Assembly: GCA_963832165.1 (NCBI GenBank)
Contig: CAWHTE010000007.1
Coordinates: forward strand, 736,001 to 800,000
From: an uncultured delta proteobacterium
Lineage (GTDB): Bacteria > Myxococcota_A > UBA9160 > SMWR01
Length of the DNA: 64,000 bases
Reading direction: 5' to 3'
Numbering within the stretch: the first letter of the stretch is position 1; every line of letters begins with the position of its first letter. Both the position numbers and the translations under genes were made by a program. Under the pieces are notes generated by a model that was not told where the DNA came from, ran no database searches, and saw only the letters and a list, made by a program, of their open reading frames with translations. Positions 30,712 through 43,000 of the stretch are shown piece by piece.

Positions 30712-32097
30712 CTAGCGGCGCGGCCGCGCCTTCCAGAAGTAGTTGTGAACGCCCTGCCCGGTGTAGAGCCGTCGGAACGTCATCTCGAGCTCGTCGCCGA
30801 TAGCGACCTTCGCGGGCTCGACGTCGGTGAGCTCGCCCGCGAGCCGGCCGCCGCCCTCGAAGTCGAGCACCGCCGCCACGGTGGGCGGCTGCATCGAATA
30901 GGCGAGGTGGTCGAGCGTGTAGGTGGCGATCCGGCACAGCCGATTCGAAAACGCCTCCTCAGCCATCTGGTCGATCGCTCCGCACGCGCTGCACACGCGC
31001 TGCGGCGGGAGTTGACCCGCTCCGCACGCAGTGCAGCGCGCGCCGATGAAGCCGAGCTTCCAGTGCTCGCTGCGGTGCATCGGCGGTGCCGCGGGGCGCA
31101 CGGGCTCGGGGCGGCGCGGCGGCTCGAAGGGCAGAATCCCGCGCCACTTGAGATAGGTGTTGTAGGCGAGGTCGTTGCGCTTCGACGCGATCCACGTGTC
31201 GACGGAGTGCTTGGGCCGACCCTGTGCGATGCGGCTCGTGACCTCGAACACCGCGGCGTCGCAGCCGTCGGCGAGCGACGCGACCAGGATGCGATCGCCC
31301 GGCTGTGCGCGGTCGAGCGCGCGCGCGAGCAGGAGCCCCGCGTGCGCGGCACCCGCGCGCCCGACCGACGCCGCGAGCGGGTCGGCGAGCTGTTCGGGCT
31401 TGAGCTGGAGCGCGCGCGGCAGGCCCGCGGTGGCGCGCGGCAGCGTCGCGTCGAGGATCACGGTGGCGAGCTCTGAGGGGTTCGTGCCCGCGTCCTTGAG
31501 CGCGCGGATCACCACCTCGGCGAGCACGGGCGCGAGCACTTCGGCGCCGAAGCGCTCCTCCCATTGGCTCGCGAACGCGTCCTCGGGCAGCCGCCACACG
31601 TCGAGCACTTCGGTGGTGGCGGTTGCGCGTCCGCGCAGCACGGCGATCGCCTCGTCATCGGGTCCGCACACGAAGCTCGCGGCGGCGTCCCCGCTCGAGC
31701 TCTCGCGGGTACCGCCGGGCGCGCCGATCACGACATCGGAGGCGGTCACGAGCGTGCGCCGGCCCGCGGCCGCGAGGTCGAGGCCGAGCAGCAGCGCAGA
31801 GAGCCCCGCGCGCGAGGTCGCTCCGACCTCGATGGTCGACACCGTCTCGGGCAGGGACAGCGCGGAGTGCAGCGTGGCCGCGTTCGATTTCTCCGCGTAG
31901 GGCGGGCTCGTGGTGGCGAACACGAGCGCGTCGAGCGAGCTGTCGGCGTCGAGTGCGTCGCGGCTCGCCTCGACGGCCATCGACACCGAGTCCTCGTCGT
32001 AGCTCGCGGCCGCGCGCTCGCCGCGGCCCGTGCCGAGCGCGGTTCGCGAGAGGCGGAAATAGGGGACATAGCTTCCGTAACGGGTGATACCGGACAA
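30712..32097 (-). CDS. HMG-CoA-synthase-like (thiolase-fold) domain fused to DUF35 Zn-ribbon/OB-fold
   Basis: [32 protein letters not shown]-terminal CTACG...PPQRVCSAC and [21 protein letters not shown] start after AGGAG. Confidence 0.85.
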   Translation of the reverse strand: MSGITRYGSYVPYFRLSRTALGTGRGERAAASYDEDSVSMAVEASRDALDADSSLDALVFATTSPPYAEKSNAATLHSALSLPETVSTIEVGATSRAGLSALLLGLDLAAAGRRTLVTASDVVIGAPGGTRESSSGDAAASFVCGPDDEAIAVLRGRATATTEVLDVWRLPEDAFASQWEERFGAEVLAPVLAEVVIRALKDAGTNPSELATVILDATLPRATAGLPRALQLKPEQLADPLAASVGRAGAAHAGLLLARALDRAQPGDRILVASLADGCDAAVFEVTSRIAQGRPKHSVDTWIASKRNDLAYNTYLKWRGILPFEPPRRPEPVRPAAPPMHRSEHWKLGFIGARCTACGAGQLPPQRVCSACGAIDQMAEEAFSNRLCRIATYTLDHLAYSMQPPTVAAVLDFEGGGRLAGELTDVEPAKVAIGDELEMTFRRLYTGQGVHNYFWKARPRR

Positions 32098-32161
32098 CGC
32101 GCTCTCCTGGGGATAGGGGGGCTGGCAGGCCCAGAGCACGCATTCTACCCGAGTTCTCGAC

Positions 32162-32484
32162 TCACCCGCCCGCGACCGGACCGAGCAGATACAGCTCGTC
32201 GCCGTCGCTGAGCTCGCGCTCGAGATTCTCCGCGACGGGCGTGCGCTGCCCGTTCCACATCAGCGTGTGGCGCAGGTGCGGGCTCGACTCGATCGCCTGC
32301 GACAGGCGCAGTCCCGCGTGATCGGCTTGCGCGATCAACGCCGCGAGCGTGGCGCCGACGGGCAGCGAGAGCTTCCGGTCGACGTCACGCCATCCTTCGC
32401 CGATCCGCCCCTTCATCACCACGCGCACGCGGATCGACGCGCCCGGCTGGCGCCGCAGCCAGGATCGCACCCATCCCGCCAGAC

Positions 32485-32488
<4 letters not shown>
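32162..32488 (-). CDS. MoaD/ThiS family sulfur-carrier protein
   Basis: Ubiquitin-like C-terminus [16 protein letters not shown]. Translationally coupled to the AOR gene. Confidence 0.85.
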
Positions 32489-34497
<2,009 letters not shown>

Positions 34498-34584
34498 GTG
34501 GGTTCCTCCCGCCGCGATTCTACGCCGCCGAACCCACGCCCGCTGTCGCCCGCGCGGACCTGGCTCGGTCGCGACGCACAAATG

Positions 34585-34614
34585 ACCAGGGCCCCCGCTT
34601 TCGGGGGCCCTGGT
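34585..34614 (-). terminator. Probable intrinsic terminator of the ompA-like gene
   Basis: 13-bp perfect stem ACCAGGGCCCCCG-cttt-CGGGGGCCCTGGT, about 25 nt after the stop. Only a short U-tract follows on the minus strand. Confidence 0.7.
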
Positions 34615-34638
34615 GGTTCGACCGCCGAGTTCAGCCCG

Positions 34639-35349
34639 TCAATTGACGGGTTCGAGCTCGACGCGGCGATTCTCGGCGCGACCTTCCGGAGTCGAGTTGT
34701 CCGCGACCGGATTCGACTCACCGAGCCCGCGCGCCTCGATGCGGCCCGCGGAGATCCCGTGCGAGACCAGGTACTCGCGCACCGAGTCGGCCCGTCGCTG
34801 CGAGAGCTTCTGGTTGTACGCGTCCGACCCGTTCGAATCCGTATAGGCGCTGAGGCGCACCTGCTTGTCCTCACAGCGTTGCAGCGCGACGACGGTCTCG
34901 TCGAGCGACGCGGCGGCCTGCGGTTTGATGTCGGACTTGTCGTTGTCGAAGTTGACGTTCTCGAGTCGCACGAGACCGGCGCAGGGATCCGGTTTCGCCG
35001 GCGCGGGCGGCGGTGTCGGGGCTGCCCTCGGTGCGGGAGGCGGAGGCGCGGGCCGCGGCTCGGGCTTCGGCTCGTCCTCCTCCATCAGACTGCAGACGAG
35101 ATAACCGAGGGCAGCGGTGCCGACGGCGGTGCCTGCGGCGATGGCGACCCCTTCCAGCTGGTTCTCGCTGCGGTCGTCGTGGTCATCGGAGTAGTAGGCG
35201 CCGCCAATACCGCCTCCTACGGCGCCGAGGCCGCCGCCGATCAGCGCGCAGACGCCGGGGCTAGGCGGGCCTCCGTTCGTCGCGCAGCCAACCAGCAAGG
35301 CCGCCATCATCAGTGCAAGGCCAGTCCGGAAGAGGGGGTAGTAACGCAT
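34639..35349 (-). CDS. OmpA-family lipoprotein (glycine zipper, Pro-rich linker, peptidoglycan-binding domain)
   Basis: Lipobox LVGC, VNFDNDKS, YTDSNGSDAYNQKLSQRRADSV, GRAENRRVE. Confidence 0.92.
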   Translation of the reverse strand: MRYYPLFRTGLALMMAALLVGCATNGGPPSPGVCALIGGGLGAVGGGIGGAYYSDDHDDRSENQLEGVAIAAGTAVGTAALGYLVCSLMEEDEPKPEPRPAPPPPAPRAAPTPPPAPAKPDPCAGLVRLENVNFDNDKSDIKPQAAASLDETVVALQRCEDKQVRLSAYTDSNGSDAYNQKLSQRRADSVREYLVSHGISAGRIEARGLGESNPVADNSTPEGRAENRRVELEPVN

Positions 35350-35647
35350 CCGTACTCCTTCGTGTGGTTTTGTCTCCAAGTGCGATGCGGAGAGCACGCA
35401 GCACACCATCCCTGAGCAGCAGCCGGCTACTCCGAGAACTAACATCCATTTGCAAGCCGCAGCGCGTGGTATGTCACTGTAGGGGCTTTGGGATCGTATC
35501 ACGACGATGCCGCGCGGCGTTGATCTTATGCTCGTGGAACTCATGCTCGTGGCGTAACGTGTCAATCTCCCCCCGATCCCGACCCGACTCGGAGTGAGCG
35601 GTAACGAGAGGTAGGATGCGCACGACCCGAGGCGAAAGGAACGCGCA

Positions 35648-36769
35648 ATGCAGTTCTCGATGATCTTCGAAGCGCAGACCCACGACACCTCGCACGGGGG
35701 CGAGTTCCGCGTGATGCACGACTGCGTCGAGCAGGCCGTGCTCGCCGAACGGGTCGGTTTCGACCGCGTGTGGTCGGTCGAGCACCACTGCTTGAAGTGG
35801 TATGCGCACATGAGCGCGCCGGAGACCTTCCTCGCCTTCGTCGCGGCGAAGACCGAGAGGATCCGGATCGGCCACGGCGTCGTGTGCTTGCCGTTCCGGA
35901 TGAATCACCCGGTGAAGGTCGCCGAGCGCATCGCGATGCTCGACATCCTCTCGAAAGGGCGCGTCGACTTCGGCATCGGCAAGGGCGGAACCTATCAGGA
36001 GTCGGGCGCATTCCAGACCCAGATGGACGAGATCCCCGCGCAGCTCGAGGAGAGCGCGCGGATGATCCCGCGCATGTGGCGCGAGGAGGTGTTCTCGCAC
36101 CAGAGCGCGCTGATCGACATTCCTCCGCGGCCGATCATTCCGAAGCCGTACCAACAGCCGCACCCTCCGATGTACCTCGCGTGCTCACGCGAGACCACGT
36201 TGAACGAGGCCGGCGAATGGGGGCTCGGCGCGCTCGTGCTCGGCTTCGCGGGGCCCGAGGACATCGAGCAGAAGAACCGCGTCTACCGCGCGGCAGTGAA
36301 GCGGCGCACGCGCGCGTCGCAGATCCCCGAGCAGCCCGTCGAGCACCTCTCCGCGCTGTGTCCCGCCATCGTGCTCGACGACGGAGCGAAGGCGCGCGCG
36401 ATCGGCCACCGCGGCCAGCGCTTCTTCACCGAGGCGATCCGGCATTGGTACAACCCGGGTCCGGACTCGCCGCCGCCGCGCATCGAGATCGCCGACATGA
36501 GCGACGAGGACGCACTGCGACTCGCCGGTGAGCACCTCGTCGCCTATCTCCACGAGCAGAAGATCGAGCTGGGCACCGAGGCGACGGGACTGTTCAACCC
36601 GAACCACGCCTACGGGACGGCCGACGACGCCACGCGCTATGTCGCTCGGCTCGTCGAAGCGGGCGCCGACGAGGTGATGTTCCTGATCCAGATGGGCACG
36701 GTGCCGCAGGAAGCGGCGCTCGAGACGATCCGCCAGCTCGGCGAGAAGGTGATTCCCCGGTTCCGCTAG
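35648..36769 (+). CDS. LLM-class flavin-dependent oxidoreductase
   Basis: GFDRVWSVEHH, TERIRIGHGV, HPVKVAERIAMLDILSKGRVDFGIG, PKPYQQPHPP. Confidence 0.92.
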   Translation: MQFSMIFEAQTHDTSHGGEFRVMHDCVEQAVLAERVGFDRVWSVEHHCLKWYAHMSAPETFLAFVAAKTERIRIGHGVVCLPFRMNHPVKVAERIAMLDILSKGRVDFGIGKGGTYQESGAFQTQMDEIPAQLEESARMIPRMWREEVFSHQSALIDIPPRPIIPKPYQQPHPPMYLACSRETTLNEAGEWGLGALVLGFAGPEDIEQKNRVYRAAVKRRTRASQIPEQPVEHLSALCPAIVLDDGAKARAIGHRGQRFFTEAIRHWYNPGPDSPPPRIEIADMSDEDALRLAGEHLVAYLHEQKIELGTEATGLFNPNHAYGTADDATRYVARLVEAGADEVMFLIQMGTVPQEAALETIRQLGEKVIPRFR

Positions 36770-36836
36770 GCGACGCAGCCGATCAGCCCCGCGTGGACTG
36801 TGATAGGGTGCCCGGGCGGTGGGTTGGGCAGGGCGA

Positions 36837-38612
36837 ATGCGCAGGCTCCAGTTCGGCCACCCGCTCGCGCTCGTCCTCGCCGGTCTCGCGGGTGTCGCCT
36901 GCCTGCTAGGCGGATCGGTCGCCCGCTCGCAAGACGTCCGCCCGGGTGACGAACGACTCCCGCTTCCCGAGCTGGAGAGCGAGTCGGGCGCCTACCGCCC
37001 GGAGCCGGTGCTTCCCCACGTCCCCTCGTTCGAGCCTCCCACGGCGGAGCGCGGCGGCGCGCTGCCACCGCTGATCCTGCCGGACGACCGCGGTGGGGCG
37101 CTCCAGGCCGGCGAGCGAGTACTCGTTCGCGAAGTGCGGATCCGTGGCAACACACTGCTCGCGGATCCCGCGCTAGGCGCGATCGCGAAGCCGTACGAGG
37201 GCCGCGAGCTCGACTACGCGGACGTGCTGGCGCTGCGCGACGAGCTCACGCTCGCGTACGTGCGCGCGGGGTACGTCACCTCGGGCGCGGTCGTTCCGGC
37301 CCAGGACTGGGCGGATGGCGTGCTCGAGATCGAGATCGTCGAAGGGCGGCTCACCGGGATCGAGATCGAGACGGACGGACGTCTGCGTCCGAGCTATCTC
37401 GAGCGCCGGATCGATCCGGGGAGCGACGCGCCGCTCGACGTCGACGAACTTCGCGATCGGCTTCAGGTCCTGCAGCAGGACGATCGCATCCGCTCGGTGC
37501 GCGCCGAGCTGCTGCCCACCGCTCGCCAGGGCGAGGCGGTCCTGCGGGTGGCCGTCGCCGAGGCGAGGCCGTGGCGCGCCGAGCTCGGCGCGAGCAACTA
37601 CCTCAATCCTGCGCTCGGCGACGCCCAGGGCGAGGTGTTGCTCGCGCACGGCAACGTGACCGGATTCGGCGACGTCGCGAGCGTGGAGTACGAGGGCAGC
37701 GAGGGGATGCACGACCTGCGTCCGGAGTACTTCGTTCCGTTCACGCGCTGGGACACTCGCCTCGGGCTCGCGATGCGCCGCACCTGGGGCCGCATCGTCG
37801 AAGATCCGTTCGACGAGCTCGACATCGAGAGCGAGACGCAGACCTATGGCATCTCGCTGCACCAGCCGCTGCACCACTCCCCGAGCTCGCGGCTGGAGGC
37901 GTTCGCGCGCGGCGAATACCGCCGCGGTGAATCCTTTCTGTTCGGCGATCGATTCTCGTTCGTCGTGGGTCCCGACGAGGGTGTCTCCGAGCTCGCCGTG
38001 ATGCGCGGAGGTCTCGAATGGATCTACCGCAGCTCCGAGCAGGTCTGGGCGGCGCGGGGACAGATCTCGGGTGGGCTGGACGCGCTCGGAGCCACCCGAC
38101 ACCGCGGAACGACGACGCCGGACGGACAGTTCGTTGCCGGCCTCGTGCAGCTCCAGTGGGCGCGCCGACTGCCGCTCTGGAAGCTGTCCCTGATCGCACG
38201 CGGCGACGTGCAGCTGGCCGATCGGCCGCTGCTCGGCCTCGAGCAGTTCTCGATCGGCGGGCGGGACTCCGTGCGCGGCTATCGCGAGAACGAAGTCGTG
38301 CGCGACAGTGGCGCAGTCGGCTCCGTCGAGCTCCGCGTCCCGATTCCAGTCCCGAACCTCGGCCGCTGGCCCGTGGCATTCGAGCTCGCGCCGTTCTTCG
38401 ACGCCGGCTACGGCTGGAACGAGAGCCGCGGCGCGTTCCCGAAGGGCGAGAACGAGACCTTGCTATCGGCCGGAATCGGCGCACGGATGGCCGTCGCTTC
38501 ACACCTCGCCTTCGAGGTCTACTGGGGTGGGGCGATCGAGGACACCGACCCGATCGGCGAGACGAGTCTTCAGGACCGCGGGGTGCATCTCGGCCTGCGC
38601 TGCGTCTACTGA
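36837..38612 (+). CDS. ShlB/FhaC/HecB family two-partner secretion transporter (TpsB)
   Basis: Signal peptide, POTRA domain (LTLAYVRAGYVTSGA, LEIEIVEGRL), loop-6 motif EQFSIGGRDSVRGYRE, PFFDAG, aromatic C-terminus. Confidence 0.92.
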   Translation: MRRLQFGHPLALVLAGLAGVACLLGGSVARSQDVRPGDERLPLPELESESGAYRPEPVLPHVPSFEPPTAERGGALPPLILPDDRGGALQAGERVLVREVRIRGNTLLADPALGAIAKPYEGRELDYADVLALRDELTLAYVRAGYVTSGAVVPAQDWADGVLEIEIVEGRLTGIEIETDGRLRPSYLERRIDPGSDAPLDVDELRDRLQVLQQDDRIRSVRAELLPTARQGEAVLRVAVAEARPWRAELGASNYLNPALGDAQGEVLLAHGNVTGFGDVASVEYEGSEGMHDLRPEYFVPFTRWDTRLGLAMRRTWGRIVEDPFDELDIESETQTYGISLHQPLHHSPSSRLEAFARGEYRRGESFLFGDRFSFVVGPDEGVSELAVMRGGLEWIYRSSEQVWAARGQISGGLDALGATRHRGTTTPDGQFVAGLVQLQWARRLPLWKLSLIARGDVQLADRPLLGLEQFSIGGRDSVRGYRENEVVRDSGAVGSVELRVPIPVPNLGRWPVAFELAPFFDAGYGWNESRGAFPKGENETLLSAGIGARMAVASHLAFEVYWGGAIEDTDPIGETSLQDRGVHLGLRCVY

Positions 38613-38708
38613 ATTTCGCGATTCAATCGCGTCCGCAGCTGTGAAACACTTCACTGCGCGCGCGGCCGGGACGGTGCCACGATCGCATGGGGGGCGCGGA
38701 GGCGATCC

Positions 38709-40053
38709 ATGAGGCAGGCGAAGATCGGATCGATCGCGGCGGCGTTGATGGTCGCGGGTGCACTCGGACTCGCGAGCGCGGCGCGGGCGACGCTGGTCGA
38801 GGTAGGTGAGGTCGGCGACGCGAGCTTCAGCGCCACGGACGTGAACGGCTACTTCGACGAGGTCTCGAACTCCGAGATATTCAACTCGACGACCGTGGCC
38901 CATGCGTCGGTGTCCAGCAACAACGACGCCACGACCGACGTGGACTGGTACTCCTTCACCGGCGTCGCGGGAGCCACGGTATTCCTCGACGTCGATTGTG
39001 GCGGGAGCTGCGGACTGACCAGCTTCGACGCCACCCTTTCCCTGTTCGACCCCAACGCGACGCTGATCGCGTGGGGCGACGACAGCGCGGAAGATCCGGG
39101 GACGTCGAGCGACCTCGACTCCTTCGTCGGCGCGATCATCCTGCCGAGCACGGGGACGTACCACGTCGCCGTGTCGAACTATCCGCGCAACCCCTCCGGG
39201 ATCGGAGGAGTCTGCAGCCTTCCCTCCACACTGACCCGACCCGATGGAAGTACGACCGGCGGTTATGCGACGAGCGGCTGTACGCCGGGGGACGACACGT
39301 TCAGCCGGGACCGGTAGCTACAGCACGGGCGACTACACCCTCCACATCAGCAACTCCCAGCCCTTTCAACCGAGTGCGGGCCCGAATGCGGGAGATCAGC
39401 TCAGCGACGTGCCGAAATACCGCTGGCTGGATCTCGCCCAGACGACACAGTTCTCCCCGGAGCAGGTTGCTCCCGCCGACTACCTGAACGGTCCCGGGTC
39501 TTGTGAGATGGTGGTTCCCGACCAGACCACCTGCTTCGCCCTCGGGTTTCTGCGCGGCTGCAAGCTCATCGGCTACGACTTCCAGACGCCTCCACCGAGC
39601 GCGCCCGCGGACGGTTTCGAGTGCTGCGGATGGCAGGCGAAGTGCGAGCTGACCTGCCTGGCCAATTCGTGCACGGGGGGTGAGATCTGTCCCGACGCGT
39701 GCCCGAACGGAGATCCTCCTCCGTCGAGCTCGAGCTATTGCTGGAATTCGAATCTCTCCGACTGCGCGGCTCAGGGCAACCAGGCCGCTTGCAATGCGGA
39801 GGAGCTGCGCCTGCGTGGGCAAGGCCCGCTGCCTCAGGTGAACCCACCGGTACCCGACTGCTGCTTCCTGGGCCGCGGGGTCGAGATCGCGAAGTGGGGA
39901 AGCCGCGAGAACGAGACTCCGATCTTCTCGCCCGGAGAGGTGTACCCCGACCAGTGTCTGCCCGAGCCGAGCGGCCTGCTCGGGCTCGGGGCGGGTGCGA
40001 TCGTGCTCGGGTCGCTCGCGCGTCGGCGCTCGAGGAGCCGAAACGCGCAGTGA
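38709..40053 (+). CDS. Secreted PEP-CTERM protein: PPC-like domain plus Cys-rich domain, split by a frameshift near 39305
   Basis: Signal peptide. DVDWYSF...FDATLSLFD...GDDS...GTYHVAVS continues as GSYSTGDYTLHIS in the +1 frame. Ends LPEPSGLLGLGAGAIVLGSLARRR. Confidence 0.75.
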
Positions 40054-43000
40054 GGAACCGGGGTCGGTTCGTCTCCGGTGCGCTCTGCGCCGCGCTGCTG
40101 CTCTCCGTTCCACCTAGCGCTGCGCAGATCGCCACCGACGACACGCTCGCGCCCGCCCAGGTGTTCAGCGGGCCCGATTTCGTGATCCCATCGGACGCGG
40201 GCGTCGCTTCGGGAAGCCTGCTCTCGTTCAGCTTCGACGAGTTCGGCGTGCCCACGGGCGGCTCCGCGACGTTCGTGCCGAGCGCCGGATTCCCGGCGCC
40301 GACCTGGTCGTGAGCCGCGTAACGGGTGGGCAGCCGTCGCAGATCCTAGGCGCGCTGCGCTCCGAGCTCGGCGAGAGCGACTTCTACTTCTTGAATCCGT
40401 CGGGCGTGTTCTTCGGCCCCGACTCCAGCGTCGACGTCGGGGGCTCGTTCCATCTCACCACCGCCGACGAGGTTCGCGACGGAGCGGGTGGCACGTTCTC
40501 GGCCCGCACTCCGACGAACGAGGTCCTGATTGCGAGGCCGGAGGCATTCGGTTTCCTGTCCTCCGCGCCCGCGGCGATCCGGATCGAGGGATCGATCGAC
40601 CTGGAGCGCGGTGCGACGCTCGACCTGATCGGTGGTGACCTCGAGCTCTCTGGTGCGTTCGTGGGATCGCCCGGTGGCCAGGTACGCTTCGCCTCGATCG
40701 CCGGCAATGGGAACGTCGTCGATCCTGGCGCCGAAGCGTGAGCTGCTCCCCGGCTGGCGATTGCGCTCGGCGCGATCGCGCTCCTGGACGGATCGACCGT
40801 CAGCGTGTCGGGTCTCGAGCCGGCACCCGGCGTGCCGCCCGTGACCACGGGCCGTTCGATTGACCTGTTGAACGGCGGGCTTGCCTCCATCGTTCCGGGT
40901 GCTCAAGTCCGAGCAGAAGATGTGGTGATCGGGCAGAACGCGACCGGTTCCCTGGTGGCGATCTTGAACGGGTACGCGACGGGCGATTTTTCCGCGATCG
41001 GAGGTGCGCTCCTGATTCGCGACTCCGATATCCGCGCGCGCTCGTTCGGCTCCGATGGAGGCAGCATTCGAGTGGACGCCGGCGATCCGTGTCGCTCGTG
41101 AGGGAGGCCTCATCCACGGATGTCGGCTTGCTCGCGCGCGGCGAGTCGGTCGAGATCTCTACGACGGGTGGCGCTGTCGCCGGTCGTGGTCGTGACACCC
41201 GGGACCTACACCGTCCCGGGCGCGGGACGGCGCGCTCGCCATCCGCACTGGAGACCTCCTCCTTTCGGGCGGCGCACTGATCAGCGCGACTTCACTCTCG
41301 GCTGCGCGAGGGCGGCGACATCGCGGTGACCGCCGCGCGCTCTGTCGTGCTGCGCGGAACCGATACGGCGATCTTCTCGAACGCGCAGGGCACCGGCGAC
41401 GCGGGCGACATCACGGTGAACGCCCAGACCCTGCGCCTCGAGGACGGCGCGGCGATCATCGCGCAGACCCAGACCAACGGAAACGCGGGCGACATCTCCG
41501 TCGCCGTCGCGCGGCTCGAGGTCCTCGGCACGTCGCAGATCGACAGCAGCACCGGACCACTGACGGCGTCGGAGCCCGACACCGTCGGAAACGGGGGCGA
41601 TGTCGAGGTTCGTGCGAGCGACTCGATCCTGATCTCCGGACGCGCCAACGACCAGGAATTCGCGCGCATCAGCACCTTCTCAGGAGAGCGCACGAGCGGC
41701 AGCGCGGGAACGATCGACGTCCACACGCCGCTGCTCGCAGATCACCGACGGCGGCGGGATCGCCGCGACCACCCGCGGCGCCGGCGCCGGCGGCGACGTG
41801 CGGCTCGACGTCGGCGATCTGCGGCTCTCGAACGGCGGCAGCCTCGCCGTGAACAGCACGGGCACGAGCGCCGCGCTCGGCGGCGCGAGCCCCGGCGCCG
41901 CGGGCTCGATCGCGATCGGAGCGCCAGGCGGCGAGTATGCGACGCGCGAGGTGTGGCTCTCCGGCTCCGAGATCACGGCTTTTGCGCGCGAGGGACCTGC
42001 TCCGGCCGAGACGCGCGAGGGGAACATCGCGATCGCCGCCGCCGACCTGATCACGTTGCGCGACGGAAGCCGCGTGACGGCGAGCGTGGACGAAGGGCTC
42101 GGCGGGAACATCTCGGCCGCGGCGGAGCTGCTCGTCCTCGAAGGGGGCAGCACGATTCTCGCCGAAACACAGAACGGCACAGGAGGCGCGATCACGCTCG
42201 CCACCGAGCAGGTCATCCCACAGCTGGCGGAGGTCGGAGGCTCGGCGCTCGAATCCGCCGATTTCGTTCCGGGTGTCTCCGGTGGCCGGATCTCGGCAGA
42301 CGCCGGAACGGGCACGGGCGGCACGATCACCACGACCTCGCCCGAGAACAACGTCGAGAGTCAGGTGTCGACCCTCGATACCTCGTTTCTCGACGCGTCG
42401 TCTCGGTTGCAGCGTGCGTGTGCGGCGCGCGCGTCCGGAGATGCGGGGAGCTTCCGCGTGTCGCGACAGCCCGAGAGCCCTTCCTCGGCGAAAGATGTCT
42501 TCGGGTTCGACGACATGGCTCCGCTCGCGCAGCCCGGCGATCACGACGCGATCCTGCTGGCCAATCGCGCGCGCGCCGCGCTGGAGGCCGGCGAGCGCGA
42601 GCAGGCCGCGGCGCTGCTCGAGCGCGCCGCGGCGAAGCTCGAGTCGATCGCCGATCGCACCGAGGTGCCGCTCGCGATCCATCTCGCGAAGACGTACGAG
42701 CTGCTCGCGAAGAACGCATCCGAGGCGCGGCAGCACGACGCCAGCCTGCGGGTCGCGTTCTCGTTGCTCATGCGCGCGCGCGAGCGGGCGCAAGGGGTGC
42801 CGCGCCTGCAGTCGTTCGCGCTGGGCAATCTCGGCGCGCTCTATGAAGCCGACGGACGCGCGCGCGAAGCGCTGTACCTCACCCGCCGTGCGCTCGAGAG
42901 TGCGGACGCCGCGGGCGCGCCCGATCCGCTCTACCGCTGGCACTGGCAGGAGGGACGGCTCTTGTGGGCGCAGGGGCGATCGGATGCGGCGCTGCGGTCG

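Noticed and set aside
30619..30712. Mini-CRISPR interpretation of the tandem repeats
   Set aside because: There are only two degenerate units, the spacer is about 18 bp, and no cas genes are present.
34980..35075. Low-complexity GC repeat
   Set aside because: It encodes the Pro/Ala-rich linker of the OmpA protein and is not an independent repeat.
38617..38631. Dyad CGCGATT-c-AATCGCG after the tpsB stop
   Set aside because: The 1-nt loop and lack of a U-tract rule out a terminator. It is short and CG-rich, so a binding-site role cannot be supported.
38672..38687. Possible sigma54 -24/-12 promoter (GG-N10-GC) before the PEP-CTERM gene
   Set aside because: It matches only the minimal dinucleotides, not TGGCAC/TTGC, and this is expected by chance at this GC content.
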